From the NCBI RefSeq assembly GCF_009914755.1, contig NC_060938.1: a stretch of 64,000 nt of DNA. One strand, given 5' to 3'. This document shows, in pieces, positions 39,151 through 51,713 of the stretch (positions are counted from its first letter, which is position 1; every line of letters starts with the position of its first letter). The DNA comes from the human T2T-CHM13v2.0 reference genome, Homo sapiens. A program made the translations under genes and the position numbers. Below the pieces are notes generated by a model. It was not told where the DNA came from and did not search any database. It saw only the letters and a list, made by a program, of their open reading frames with translations.

Positions 39151-39271
39151 TCAGGAATTCCAAACAAGTATAGTTTCCAGAACACATGTTCCTCATGGAA
39201 AGTACCAAGAATTTCTCTGCTGCTGAAGACTGCACCCATGGGAAATGCTCTGCAGAGGTGATCATTTCCTT

Positions 39272-41062
39272 ATTAATTGGAACTCCTTTGATTTCAAGTG
39301 ACAGAAATCCACTGAGACAGCTTAGGCCAAAAAGGGAGACTCTATTATAAGGGATTCATGGAACTCAGGGCAGGAATACAGCTGGACCCCAGGTATGTAC
39401 TGGAACCAAGGATTCCAGTAGCTTTGGAAATCTCTCTCCACATTCTACTTTGGCTTTTTCTGTACATCTACTTCATCTTCTACTCTTTGCAGGCCAGACT
39501 TTTCTACTTTGCTATTCATATGGCAGAAGACAGAGTCCTATCAGCCCCCAGGGTTTATGTTCTGAGGCTCCTGCGCCCCCCCAGCACACACTCATTTTTT
39601 GGTCAGTTTTAATGGAATGTCATTTATATGCAATAAAATGGACTCTTTGTCAAGTGTATAATCCATGAGTTTTGGCAAATGTATACAGTCATGCAACCAC
39701 CACCACAATTAAAATGTAAGAGTTCTATCATCCCAAAAATCCTTTGTGCTCTTATCAGTTAATCTCTTTCCCCAACTTTCAGCTCTGGAATCTGTTTTCC
39801 ATTAGTAGCACTTTGACTTTTCTAGAATTTCATATAAATAAAACCATAACAGCATGTAGTATGACTTTTCTTAATCAACATAATGTTTTAGAGATATATC
39901 CATTTTCCTGCTATGAGTACTGGTGGTTAGTTCCTTTTTGTTGCTCAGTAATGTTACATTGTATAAATATACCACAATTGGTTTATCCATTGTTGATGGA
40001 CATTTGGATTGTTTCCAGTTTGGGGCTACTGTGAATTAAGCTGCTATGGGCGTTCAGGTACAGGTCTTTGTGTGGACATATGTTTATGTTTTCATTTCTC
40101 TTGGGTAAATACTTAGACATGGGATTGCTGAGTCACATTTTAATGTGTGTTTAACTTTATAAGAAACTCAAAGAGGCTTTGTTTTCCAAAGTGGCTGTAC
40201 CATTTTGTGTTTCATTAGTAATATATACTGCTTCACACCCTCTCAAACAGTTGGTATGGTCAGTCTTTTTAACTTTAGTCATTCTAATAGGCATTCTAGT
40301 GGTATCTCATTGTATTGTCTTAATAAATAATGTTTAGAATCTTCTCATGTGTTTCTTTGCCATCCATATCTCTTGTTTGGTAAGGAGTTTAATTCCTTGG
40401 TCAGTTTTTGGAGGGTTCTTTGTTTTCTTCTTGAGTTGTAAGAGTGTTCACATGTTCTAGATATAAGTCACTTATCAAATATGTGTTTTGCAAATATCTT
40501 CTCCCAGACTGTGGCTTGTCTTTTTTATTTTCTTAACAGTACATTTCAAAAAGCAGTTTTTAATTTTTGTGAAGTCTAAATTTATCCATTTTTTCTCTTA
40601 TGTTTCCTACATATTGTGTCCAATCAAAGAAATCTTTGTCTGATCCAAGGTCACAAAGATTCTTTTCTGTGATTTCTCCCGGAAGCTTACAGCTTCCATC
40701 AGTGATCCCCTCTAAGTCCATGTTTACCTATAGTGCATCTCTCACTTGCTCTGACTCACACTCTTTCTCTCCCTCCCCCAGACCTAATTATCTGGGTGAG
40801 ACTCTGACTGGGGAACTTGGGTCAGGTGTTTACTCATAAACCAATCTATATGGCCAGAACCAGGGAAAAGTCTCTTGACCCGAGCTTGATCACAGCCAGC
40901 TCTGGTCCAGTCAAGAGCATCCAGAGCTCCAGGGTTCTGTGCAAAATATGGCTGCCATGAGGCCCATGTGGTTGCAGAGAGGAGATCAGTAACCAGAGAA
41001 TGGGGATGCAATATAGATTATATTAGGATATATTAGGGAAGATAATCTAATAAGTGTCTACA
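39272..41062 (-). mobile_element. MLT1K/J-like LTR split by an L1
   Basis: GAACTCCTTTGATTTCAAGTGACAGAAATCCA at the left; resumes with GACTCTGACTGG...TTGGGTCAGGTG...AACCAATC after about 40690. Confidence 0.55.
39596..40690 (-). mobile_element. L1M (MC/ME-type) ORF2 end plus 3' UTR
   Basis: GGACATTTGGATTGTTTCCAGTTTGGGGCTA, TTTTCATTTCTCTTGGGTAAATAC, TTTTCCAAAGTGGCTGTACCATTTT, TTTGCAAATATCTTCTCCCAG. Confidence 0.9.
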
Positions 41063-43007
41063 TACCCTGCAATCTGGCTCTATCCATTTTAAGCAATTTA
41101 CCTGGAATATTACAAGGCTTCTTATTAATTGAATGGACAGATCTTACCAAGATTCAAACACAATTTTTCCCATTGATAACCAAACTCCTAGTCATGCTTG
41201 TATCCCTAACCTACTAAAATACCACCACCATTGTGAAGACTGTGGGGAACCCTTAGCAGAGTTAATATGACTACAGCACTTAAAACATATTTGCCATCTC
41301 CAAAAAACAGTTAGCTCCTTGTGATCAAGAACCTTATGCTGTTTGTATCTATCTCAACAGCTAGTTTAATTCGTGACATGCAATATTTTGGGGTAGTTGT
41401 TGAATGCTGGGTTTGCCCTATACTATTTGTCAAATAATGTGTTTGGTAATGAGAGAAGGACAATTTTGAAGACCTCGAGTGATGGAATTGCCTTGCAGAA
41501 TTTTTTATAAGAAAAATGCTCACTTGAGATTGATGGCTGATTCACACTCAATGGGGAAAAAAATAAAGGTAGAGAATCCAATATCAATCTCACTTTGACT
41601 TTTCACCCTTGCCCAGGGGAAACATAATTCAAATGCTTCCTTGCAGTCGCGATGCACAATGTTGAGCTGGGTCCCACTTGCTAAGAAATAGTTAGCATCA
41701 TCACTAAAAAGCCGAGGCCCACGGTGTCCACTACATTTAATCTCACGCCACTCTTATTAACAACACAATTGCTACTTTGCTGGCCCAGATGCTCAAAGAA
41801 TAGTAAATATAAGGGCCAGGACAGGGGTGTTTATGCCAACAAACTATGATAAATGAAATATTATGGAAAATTTATAAAGAAAATTATTGCCCTCAAATAG
41901 AGGTTTCTAGCTAGGACTTAAGGCAGAAATTGCCAAGATGCAAAGCAGAAGATAATCAGGTCAGAGTAATAAGTTTAAATAAAAACTGCTGTTAAGGAAA
42001 TCTATTTGAACCCTGCTGGTATTAAATATGAGCACAAAGGCTGTGACTGCCACACACTCTTTGATTTAAAAATAAAACTCTCTGAATGTTTAGAACAGAT
42101 TCTTTAAATAAAAGAATATAGAGACATGGAGAGGAAATTTCCAAAATAAAACCTTTAAACAAATCTTAAGTAGTAGTGGAAAGTGCACATCCTGCTTCCA
42201 TTTTAAGCCAAAGGAGGCTCTTTGAAGGATACAAATGTGTGAAGCAGAAAGACTGCAGGGGATGGGGGAAGAACAGAGAATGAGCCTTGCCTGGGCTCCT
42301 AGAAGCCTCCGTGGGCCCCCATCCTTCTAGAGTCCCTTTGTTCCCACCCTTGCTTCCCACTAAGCCCACCCCTGTGTGCGGCATATTTGAGTAATTCTGC
42401 TGAAGTCTTTCATGTATATGCAACATTGCGAGTAGGTAAACAAGAGTGATGTCTGGATCCCTCCAGCAAAGGGCAGATGATTCTGATTTAGAGAAAACTA
42501 GATTAACAGATAACTCAAGTAGCTGGGTAAGAGGTAGAAGACAAGCAAAGGATGATTTTTTAAAATTGTTTAGACTTAGTCAAAATCAAAGACTGGATGA
42601 CTCAGAAGAGGGGCCCTCAGTCTAAACTAGAGTGGATGCTGGCAGCAAGAGCTACTGCTTCCTCCTTGGTGGGCTACCGCCTGAGATGCCTCTACCACCA
42701 TCCAGGAGGTTCTGGACTTTATGTGGGCTTTATACATCATCCTAGGAAGCACTATGAACTAGGGGCTTAACTCTTGCCCATGGATACATGGGCTATGTAC
42801 TTGTATTTGATTTCTGTTTCCTGTGATTTTTCTGCTAGTTTGGGGCAGGGTAGGGGGTAAGAAAAGAAATAAAGTATAAGCTAATTGGGCTTATATAACA
42901 AACTCCAGGAAACAGAAAATTTTATAAGCTTGTTCCTGCACTAACTTAGCCACCGTTCTTATGAACTGAATTTCAAAAAAAAGGAAATCATTTAAACAAT
43001 AGCTATT

Positions 43008-43294
43008 GGCCAGGCACAGTGGCTCACGCCTGTAATCCCAGCACTTTGGGAGGCCAAAGTGAGTGGATCACTTAAGGTCAGGAGTTGAAGACCAGTCTGG
43101 CCAACATGGTGAAACCCCATCTCTACTAAAAATACAAAAATTAGCTGGGTGTGGTGGCAGGCACCTGTAATCCCAGCTACTCAGGAGGCTGGGCAGGAGA
43201 ATTGCTTGAACCCAGGAGGAGGAGGTTGCAATGAGCCGAGATGGCGCTACTGCACTCCAGCCTGGGTGACAGAGGGAGACTCAAAAAAAAAAAA
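43008..43294 (+). mobile_element. Alu (AluSx/Sz-like)
   Basis: Both arms, poly-A; TSD AATAGCTATT / AATTGCTATT. Confidence 0.96.
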
Positions 43295-44134
43295 TTGCTA
43301 TTTTAGAAGTCCCTAAAGTTTACTAAAATTTGATATTTTAGTATCATTTGTGATTATGTTTTTATCTCTTTTTATTTGCTGGTGGAATTATGTGCTGTTC
43401 AAATTTTAGAATATAGATAATTTACTTGCAATGGTATTTCTCACACTGAGTTTGGGAGCTCTGGGAAATTTCTAGAAATCAGACCCACTGAACAATTCAC
43501 AATTTTGTGATGCTGATGTCTCTGAGCTATCTGGATGGGTAAACTGGCACTTCTGATTCTAAATAAGAAATAGCTACCTAAACAGTTACCTAAAGTTTTC
43601 ACTTTTTCAGCTGTCAAAATACTTCTTCCTCACACCAAAAAGTAAGTACTGTGGCTTAAAAGATTAAATTTGAGAAAGATATATATGATGAGCCAATAAG
43701 CTCTCTTATTTATTTGTCCAAACTTTGCATCTGTCCTGTAAAACCCAACTGCAAGGAACTTAATCAAAGGTTAATTTGGTAGAAAGCAATTTGACCAAAA
43801 GTAAATTTGTCAAAATGAAAGAATGTAGTTGATACAAAAATTTGATTGAAATATTGACACAAGTTACCGATATTTTTCTTCAAATACTACTAACTCTGAA
43901 GCTGCTCTCCCTGGGTCTCTTCTTGAGAATCATTATGATTTTGTTTTACTTTAAAAATTCAGGTTTATTTTTAGCCAATCATTCCTTCTCCGTTTTGTTT
44001 GTGATAGCAAAAATTTTGACTAAGTATCTAATGATAGGAGGAGTCCCGCGCTTGAGCTGCTACTAAAATCCATAACCTTCAACCTTAGCCAGCAAACTTT
44101 CACTTTGTCCTCAACCCACCCCAATCCCACCTCC

Positions 44135-44303
44135 TTCACCCTCACTCTCAACAGATAGCTTTGCCTCCTTCTTCACAGAGCACCAGGCATGAAGCCTCAC
44201 ATTCCTGTTGGGTCATCTGCAACCTTACCTGCCTCTGTCTGTCTCAGCAATGGAAGGCTCTGCCTTTAGCCACAGCTCTTCCTCTCCTGGGCTCTGAAGC
44301 TTC

Positions 44304-44336
<33 letters not shown>

Positions 44337-44840
44337 GTCTTTATCTCTGTCTCTCTGTCCCTCCAACAATCACCCTCTTTCTATCCTGTGCCATCAATCT
44401 CTCCTTTACTCAGTCGACATGTAAACAATCACAAGCCTCTTCATACTAAGGTGATAAGGACTCTTGACTTGGCATTCTCCTCCAGCCCCATTCCTTCCTC
44501 CTCTTCACAGCCAAACTTTCACATGGAGTGGTCAGCTCTTTGTGCTTCTACCTGCTTCCTTCCCATTCTCTCCTTAACCAACCCCAATCTGGCTTTGGCT
44601 AAGACTGCCAAGGCCAATGGCTATCATTCTGCCACATTCCATGGGCAGGTTTCTGTGCTCATCCTACTTGACCTCTCTGCAGTATTGGCTGCCAAGTATT
44701 CCCTTCCTGGCAAAACCTCATTTCCTTGGCTGCCATGACACCTATCCTTTCTGATTTTCTTTTCCTTCTCCATCTCCTGTGGGGGCTCTTCTTTTCCCAC
44801 TCACTTTTGAAGGCCATTGTTTCTTAACCCCCTTCTTCAC
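44135..44840 (+). mobile_element. L2 internal fragment containing a (TC)n-rich tract
   Basis: TTGCCTCCTTCTTCACAGAG, CACAGCCAAACTT, TGCTCATCCTACTTGACCTCTCTGCAGTATT, CCTTGGCTGCCATGACAC. Confidence 0.8.
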
Positions 44841-44904
44841 ACTTCTGCTCTGTTCCCTCTGCAGGCTCCCTGAGCCACCATAGCCAACCTTTATCCTGCG
44901 ATCT

Positions 44905-45150
44905 TCAGCAGAGTGCAATGGTTAAAGACGTGGAGGCTGAGTTTGAATTCCTTGTTGCATCACTTACTAGCTGTTTTTACTCTTTTACCCTCTTAAGTCT
45001 CAGCTTCCCCATCTGTAAAATGGGAGTGATAATACCTATGTCAGAAGGTTATTGTGAGGATCAAGTGTGGTGATGCATGTAAACAATTAGCATAATGCTT
45101 GGAAATACACTAATCATTAGCCCAGTAACTGTTATCTATTATTATTATCT
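44905..45150 (+). mobile_element. MIR, near full length
   Basis: GCAATGGTTAAAG...TGAGTTTGAATTC...CACTTACTAGCTG...TCTCAGCTTCCCCATCTGTAAAATGGGAGTGATAATACC. Confidence 0.9.
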
Positions 45151-45689
45151 TGCAATGAGCTCCAGAACATCTGGAAAGCTAAACATGTATAGCTCATTAC
45201 CAGAAATAATACAACCTCACTACTAGTAGATCACTGAGACTAGAAGATGGTGCATAGCCACTCTTTCTTCCTCAGCTTTCCTTCTAGTCCAGACGGAGTC
45301 TGCCTTGGGTGGGATCATAGGATGTTCTTCTTTGCCGAGTCTGAAGTTTTCTTTCCTTTCTACACCTCTGTCCTCTATCAGGGTCCCAGCTCCACCCTGC
45401 CAGCATCACCCTATGTGGCATGGACTGTTGCCAGCTCTCTCCTTGGTAGGCACCTTTCTAGCACCCTCCATAGAAGCAGGTCCCACAAACCTATCTCTAG
45501 CTAATAATGACTGCCTCTCTCAGCATAGTTTGATATTTGTTCATACTATAAGATTCTCTGCATCTAGGGTGAAGGTCAGAAGGGACAAAGAAGGTAAAGA
45601 AGACAGAGAGGTTTATTCTGCCATATTAGTATTTATTATTATTCCATCATAATTAATAAGTATGATAATATATATCCAGAAACATACAT

Positions 45690-46150
45690 TTAGACCAAAC
45701 ATCCCCCTGTGCTTCAGACTAGAATATACAATAGCCAATTTTACAGCCACTAAAATGTCTTACTATACCTTAAACTCAATATATCTAATACCAAATTGAT
45801 TATCTTTTTTCCTGAAACTATTTCTTCTATTATATCTACCACCTACCCAGATGAGCAAGCCAAGAACTCAGGAACTTTCCCAGCCTCCTTCTCATCCCTT
45901 ATTCCCCTCATGCACTTCTTCCTCCTACTCTTCATTACCCTTGCAACTACTCACAACTCAGATCTCACTTCAAGTCTTGCCTTGCACCAATTTAGTTCTG
46001 AACTAGATGACCTGAGTGGCTACAGCAATGTGTACTTATCTCTGTGCTGGTACCATCATGCTGTGGGGTAGCTGCGGGCCTCAAACACAACCATCTTTAC
46101 ACTCTCAGTACCTAGGAGAGTGCCTGGTATCTAGTGTGTGCAATAAAAAC
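45690..46150 (+). mobile_element. L2 fragment
   Basis: CCTTAAACTCAATATATCTAA...CAAGCCAAGAACTCAGGA...CAGTACCTAGGAGAGTGCCTGG...CAATAAA. Confidence 0.6.
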
Positions 46151-46984
46151 CTGGTTACAAAAAAAGAGGAGGGGGTAGGGAAGAAAGGGAAGAGTGACAC
46201 AAGCAAGGAAAAAAGAAGAAACCTCTTCTTTGGAAAAGGTCCATTTTTCATCTTATAAGTTTTTCTTTTGCATACTATTTATGAGCCTATATTTGAGGTG
46301 TCAAATACTCAGACCCATACATACTTGTCTCTTCTGTCGTGCTTAGCTTGCTCTGAGGGTTAGGGCTTCAGAGCATTGTGAAATCCCATGAATAGTTGTT
46401 TACAACTTATGGAAAGAAAGCAATAAATGCCTCCAGAGGCTTCTCTCTTTACCTTAAATATTTCCTCCTCTGACTTCTCCTTAAGGCCCACGTCCAGCTC
46501 CTTCAGGTTTTATTGGGCCTTCTTCTAAGCCAGTTCTACCTGTTTGCTTCCTCTTGGTATCTTATTTTTCCAGAGGAAAGAGCCTAAATGGAAGGCAGCA
46601 GGCAGAAAGGAAGGGAGTTTAGAAAGATTTCATGTTTAGAAGATTTCCCTTGGAATAACGAAGAGAAAACCATCTATGGAAAGAAAGAAACAGAGCTTTC
46701 AGAGACACAAGAGCAGGCACACAATATGATGTGTACCAGGGAGTGGTGCCCTTTAAAATGAAGGTTGTCTGTCTCTCCAATCCAGGTTCTCCCCACCTCC
46801 CACTATATCTTCTTGCCTTTGATGTTAAGATTATTCTACATTGAATTGCTTGAAATTTCTCATGAATTAGCCCAGTAAATTTCCATTGCTTTTAAACTAT
46901 TTATTAAATTGGATTTCAGTTTTTTCTGTTGAACATTTAAATAAGATTTGAACAAATCATAATTTTTCTTTAAAAAAAAAAAGC

Positions 46985-47420
46985 ATGACTCATATGTTTA
47001 TTGCAGCACTATTCACAATAGCAAAGTCATGGAATCAACCTAATTGTCCATGAGTGGTGGACTGGATAAAGAAAATGTAGTACGTATGCACCATGGAATA
47101 CTACACAGCCATTAAAAAAGAACAAAATCATGTCCTTTGCAGCAACATGGATGCAGCTAGAGGCCATTATCCTAAATGAAATTACGCAGAAGCAGAAAAA
47201 AGTGAGAGCTAAACACTGGAACAGATGAAAACAATAGACACAGGGGACTCCAAAAGAAGGGAGGAAAGGAGAAGGGGGAAAAGTGGAAAAACGACCTCCT
47301 GGGTACTATGTTCACTATTTGGGTGATGGATTCACTAGAAGCCCAAACTCCACCATTACACAATATACTCATGTAACAAACCTACACATGTACCCCCTGA
47401 ATCTATAATAAAAAGCTATA
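46985..47420 (+). mobile_element. L1PA16/L1PB-like 3' fragment with small internal deletions
   Basis: ATGTCCTTTGCAGCAACATGGATGCAGCT...GGGTACTATGTTCACTATTTGGGTGATGG...CACATGTACCCCCTGAATCTA; probable TSD AAAAGCATG. Confidence 0.9.
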
Positions 47421-48459
47421 AATAAATAATTAATTAAAAGCATGCAATGTTCATCCAGTGAGGCACATAAAACACCAATGGCCACTTGTCAGAAGAGATT
47501 TGGAAGTGGATTTCAGTGAAATTGGTATATATTGTGATTCCTTCAGCAGACAACTTGCGCAGTAGTTATATCCTTTCAAAGTTAAAGTTATGATGGTAAA
47601 GAGAGGCTTCATCACATATAACAGCCACCTGTCTGAGGAAGAAAAGCATTTTGCTTCCAGATATGCCAGCAGAAGCCATATTACCATTTCAATGCACACA
47701 TTTTTCTGCTTTAGACGGTATGTAAATACTTCCTGAGTTCCCATGGATTCCCTTTTGTTCCTTGTGATTACAGAATGGTGATCCAATTTGGATCTGTCCT
47801 TATCCTTACACATACAACATACACACATACATATGATGCTTGTATTGTCCACAGAAAATGAGATATTTTCTTACTTAGAGGTTCACTGTCAACATGATCT
47901 TGGGAACGGATAACTTATCAATGGTTTCAGTTATTCTTGAAGGTATTAACTTGCCTAAATGTAAGCTGGATGAGCATACCAAATTCCATCACTCTTCTGA
48001 AGCCACTTCCTCAGGGATTACCAGTCACTATATGGCTGCCAATTTTAACAGCCTCTTCTCTGTGCTCACCTTAATCAACCTCCATACAGCAGTTGACAAC
48101 TAACTCTGTCTTGATGCCCCCTTGATCCATGGCTTTGGTGACACCACTCAGAGTCAGTCCTGTTCCTACGCTGAGCAGAAATCAAGAGAATGTATATGGA
48201 ACTGGGTTTGGAGTTTCTTGAGCCTACAAATTACCCATATAGGAATAAGAGACACATATCTTTTTGTCTAACAGATGTATAGATGGACACCATAAAGTGG
48301 GTTATTATAGAGTTCTGTCCTTCCCCTGAGAAGAGGGACTTAGAAGAAGAGAGAAGGATTAATACTGTCTACCTCAGGAATGAAAGCAGGGATTCAAGGC
48401 AAATTCTAGCCACTATCTCAGGAAAGGAGTCAGGAACAGAGTGGGAATCAAAACTATAA

Positions 48460-48772
<313 letters not shown>

Positions 48773-49169
48773 AAATGTTTCAAGATTCTCTAAATCTTAT
48801 GGGTTTGTTAGTTTTATTATTCCCATTATATTAGGCAGTAGTGATTAGAAGTAAAATTTATTTCAAAAATAAACCAACAGTAAATAAGAGGGGCTGGTTG
48901 CTTGTCTTCAGGGACCTAGAGGAATTAGAAGGAGCTGCAGACACCACATCCCTCTGAGAGACAGAACCTCAGGGGAGTCAGAATTGGCAAAGCCAGCACC
49001 CAGGAGGAGAAGCAGCAGGTTGTATGCCTAAGACCTCTTGCAAGGAACTTGCAAATGACAAACTGGTCTGGTCTAGCAAGAATGCGGGGGGCGGGGGGGC
49101 AGGTAGTGAGATTCTCAGTGTACTTTGCCAGTTCCTTTTCCTTCATCCTCCTCCTAAATGCTTAAGATT

Positions 49170-49550
49170 CTTAAATCTATATCTCCAGCCATGCCCCCTC
49201 TCCTGACTCCAGACCCACATTCCTGATGACCTACTGTACACAGGCACCCCTACCTAGCTCAGCATATGCAAAATGAACTCATCACCCTCCCCATATCTCT
49301 CCCTTCTCCAGTATTCCTGATCTCAGTGGAAGACACTGCCAATCTCCCAAGCACCAAGGCCAGACGTGTGGTACTATCTCAAACTATCCTCATCCTCCTC
49401 CTCCTCCAGATGCGGTTCATCATTAAGATTCTTCAGTTAGATCCTATGTGTCTCATTCTTTTGCTTCTCACAGTCCCTGTTCTATCTCAGGCTCTATATT
49501 CTCTTGTACGACTATTACAATAGCCCCCTAACTGCTCTCCCCATCTCCAA
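49170..49550 (+). mobile_element. L2 fragment
   Basis: AAATCTATATCTCCAGCC...CTCCAGACCCACATT...CTCAGCATATGCAAAATGAACTCATC...ACTATTACAATAGCCCCCTAACTG. Confidence 0.8.
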
Positions 49551-49729
49551 CACGTGGCAGGTCTGGTTTTTACAGTTAATCCTCACAACTCAGTTGAATT
49601 CATTTCCATACAAAACTGTATATAGTTCTTGAGGCTTTATTGCCATTGATGGTAGGAAAACTTAAACTTGCCAAATTTAAGCTACAGTAATGCCATCATC
49701 TCTGGCCTAAAGTTCTTCCTAATGCCCAA

Positions 49730-49820
49730 AGTCAACTTTGTGATGACTTCCCCAAATAAACTATCCATATTCAAACCCTTGTCTCAGGCTCTGCATTCTA
49801 GGGGAACCCAAGCTAAGACC
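49730..49820 (+). mobile_element. ERVL-type LTR 3' end
   Basis: CCCAAATAAAC...CTTGTCTCAGGCTCTGCATTCTAGGGGAACCCAAGCTAAGAC. Confidence 0.6.
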
Positions 49821-50945
49821 TCTCTTGTCCTATAGCCTGGAAAGCTTTGAAGCTACATTTTACTTTCCCCTGAGTGCTTCGAATGACCTAAATTCTACCA
49901 AGCATCACATAAGACTTTAAGGACCTAAATGAGCCATGTGGGGGATGGTGACACAAGGCAGACAGGTCAGTGTGACTGCTAAGGCTCTGTTCTTCTGCAG
50001 TAGCTGCGGCTGAGATTCTTGTCCCCAGTTCTCAGCTCATAGGTGCCAAGTGATGAGCAGAGGCTCTAATCGGGTTTCTGGAAGCCCCATTACCTGATAT
50101 GGTTGGAGCCTCTTTGAGCTGCATTGCTCCTGGCTGGATACCATCCAACCTTGGTTCTCTGGTCTTCCTGGAATTTCCAAAAGCTACTAATACCCCATGA
50201 CAAATACCTTTCTGCTAAAATTAGCCTTCATAATTCTGTTTTCTGAGATTAAGAATCCCGACCCAATATAGTCATTTAAAGTCTCATTCAGTGATAGATA
50301 TTTATTTTGGGTTGCTTATAAAAGAGAGAAGCCATCACTTTACAGTTACTGTTGAGCAAAAATATCTTGTATGTTGAAAGAAGTTTTTATACCAGGAGGT
50401 TTTGTTTTTAGCTCCCAGATTTCTATCTATGCGGATTCATTTAGATAGCATTAATAAATGACTTGCTATTAATCATGGAAGCAAGACTTTTATGAGCCTT
50501 GGTACATGTATACATAAGGCCCTATTAGTACCTAATATATTTTAATAATAATAGCTATACCTTCAGTGCCTATTGTGTGTCAGTTACTGATATATTCTCA
50601 GTATCTGATATCTGATTAATCCTCACAACCACAGAAACCAAAGTTCAAATTACACAAATTGTTGGCAGTTGCAGTGTTTTAACCCAACTCTTTCTGACCT
50701 CAAGCCCATGCTCTCTCCCCTATGCTATGTTCCTCCCTGACTAAAGACCTCACCGTAATCTGAGCCACACACTTCTGGTTGGGGCTCAGGCTTCCAGTTG
50801 ACACTGTGCTATAAGTCAAGCTCCCAGGGGAAGTGCTGGGTTCAGGGTATACACATGCTAAGTCTAGGCACTCTTCTCAAAGACAGACCTGTGGTCCGCC
50901 TATTTGAAGGAAATCACCAAAATATTCCCCTCAACTCACAGTTGC

Positions 50946-51435
50946 TGTATTAAGTAAAACTGTGTTCTGCTGTAATGAAATAATCTAAAACAAGTATAAT
51001 TTAAACAAATTAGTTTATTTCTCTTTCACTTTCAAAAAAGTATAGAGATTGGTTAGTCCAGAGCTGAAATGGGGTGCCACACTCTCAGGGAACCAGGGTT
51101 CTCCTATCTTGCTGTTTCCCTGCAAGCAGCTTCCATTCTCAAGTTTACCTCATGGCCCGCAATGGCTGCTGGAGATAAGCTATCACATCTATACTCCTAC
51201 CAACAGGAAGAAGAAAAGGAACAACAAAAGCACACACTTAAAGAGTCCCTTTAAGGACATCTCCTGTAAGCTGCACTCACTACATTCACTAATATCCATT
51301 AGACAGAACTAATGGTCCAGGACTAATGGAACCAGCAGTCCACCATAGCTTTACCATGGGCATCTCTGTGCTAAAACAAAAACCTGGGTTTCTATTATTG
51401 TGGAAGAAAGGGAGGACACGTATCAAAGGATAATT
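50946..51435 (-). mobile_element. MLT1I/J-like LTR
   Basis: TTTAAACAA..AGTTTATTTCTCT, CAGGGAACCAGGGTTCTCCTATCTTGCTG, AATGGCTGCTGGAG, TTCTATTA..GGAAGAAAGGGAG. Confidence 0.7.
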
Positions 51436-51438
51436 GCC

Positions 51439-51713
51439 GGCCAGGCCTGGTGGCTCATGCCTGTAATCCCAGCACTTTGGGAGGCTGAGGTGGACGGATA
51501 ACTTGAGGCTAGGAGTTCAAGACTAGCCTGGCCAACACAGCAAAACCCCGTCTCTACTAAAATCACAAAAATTAGCTGGGCGTGGTGCTGTGTGCCTGTA
51601 ATCCCAGCTACTCAGGAAGCTGAGGCAGGAGAATCACTTGAACGCAGGAGCTGGAGGTTGCAGCGAGCCAAGATCATGCCACTGCACTCCAACCTGGGCA
51701 ACAGTAAGACTCC
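51439..51713 (+). mobile_element. Alu (AluS-type) lacking its terminal bases and poly-A
   Basis: Both arms; stops at AAGACTCC and runs into non-Alu sequence. Confidence 0.93.
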
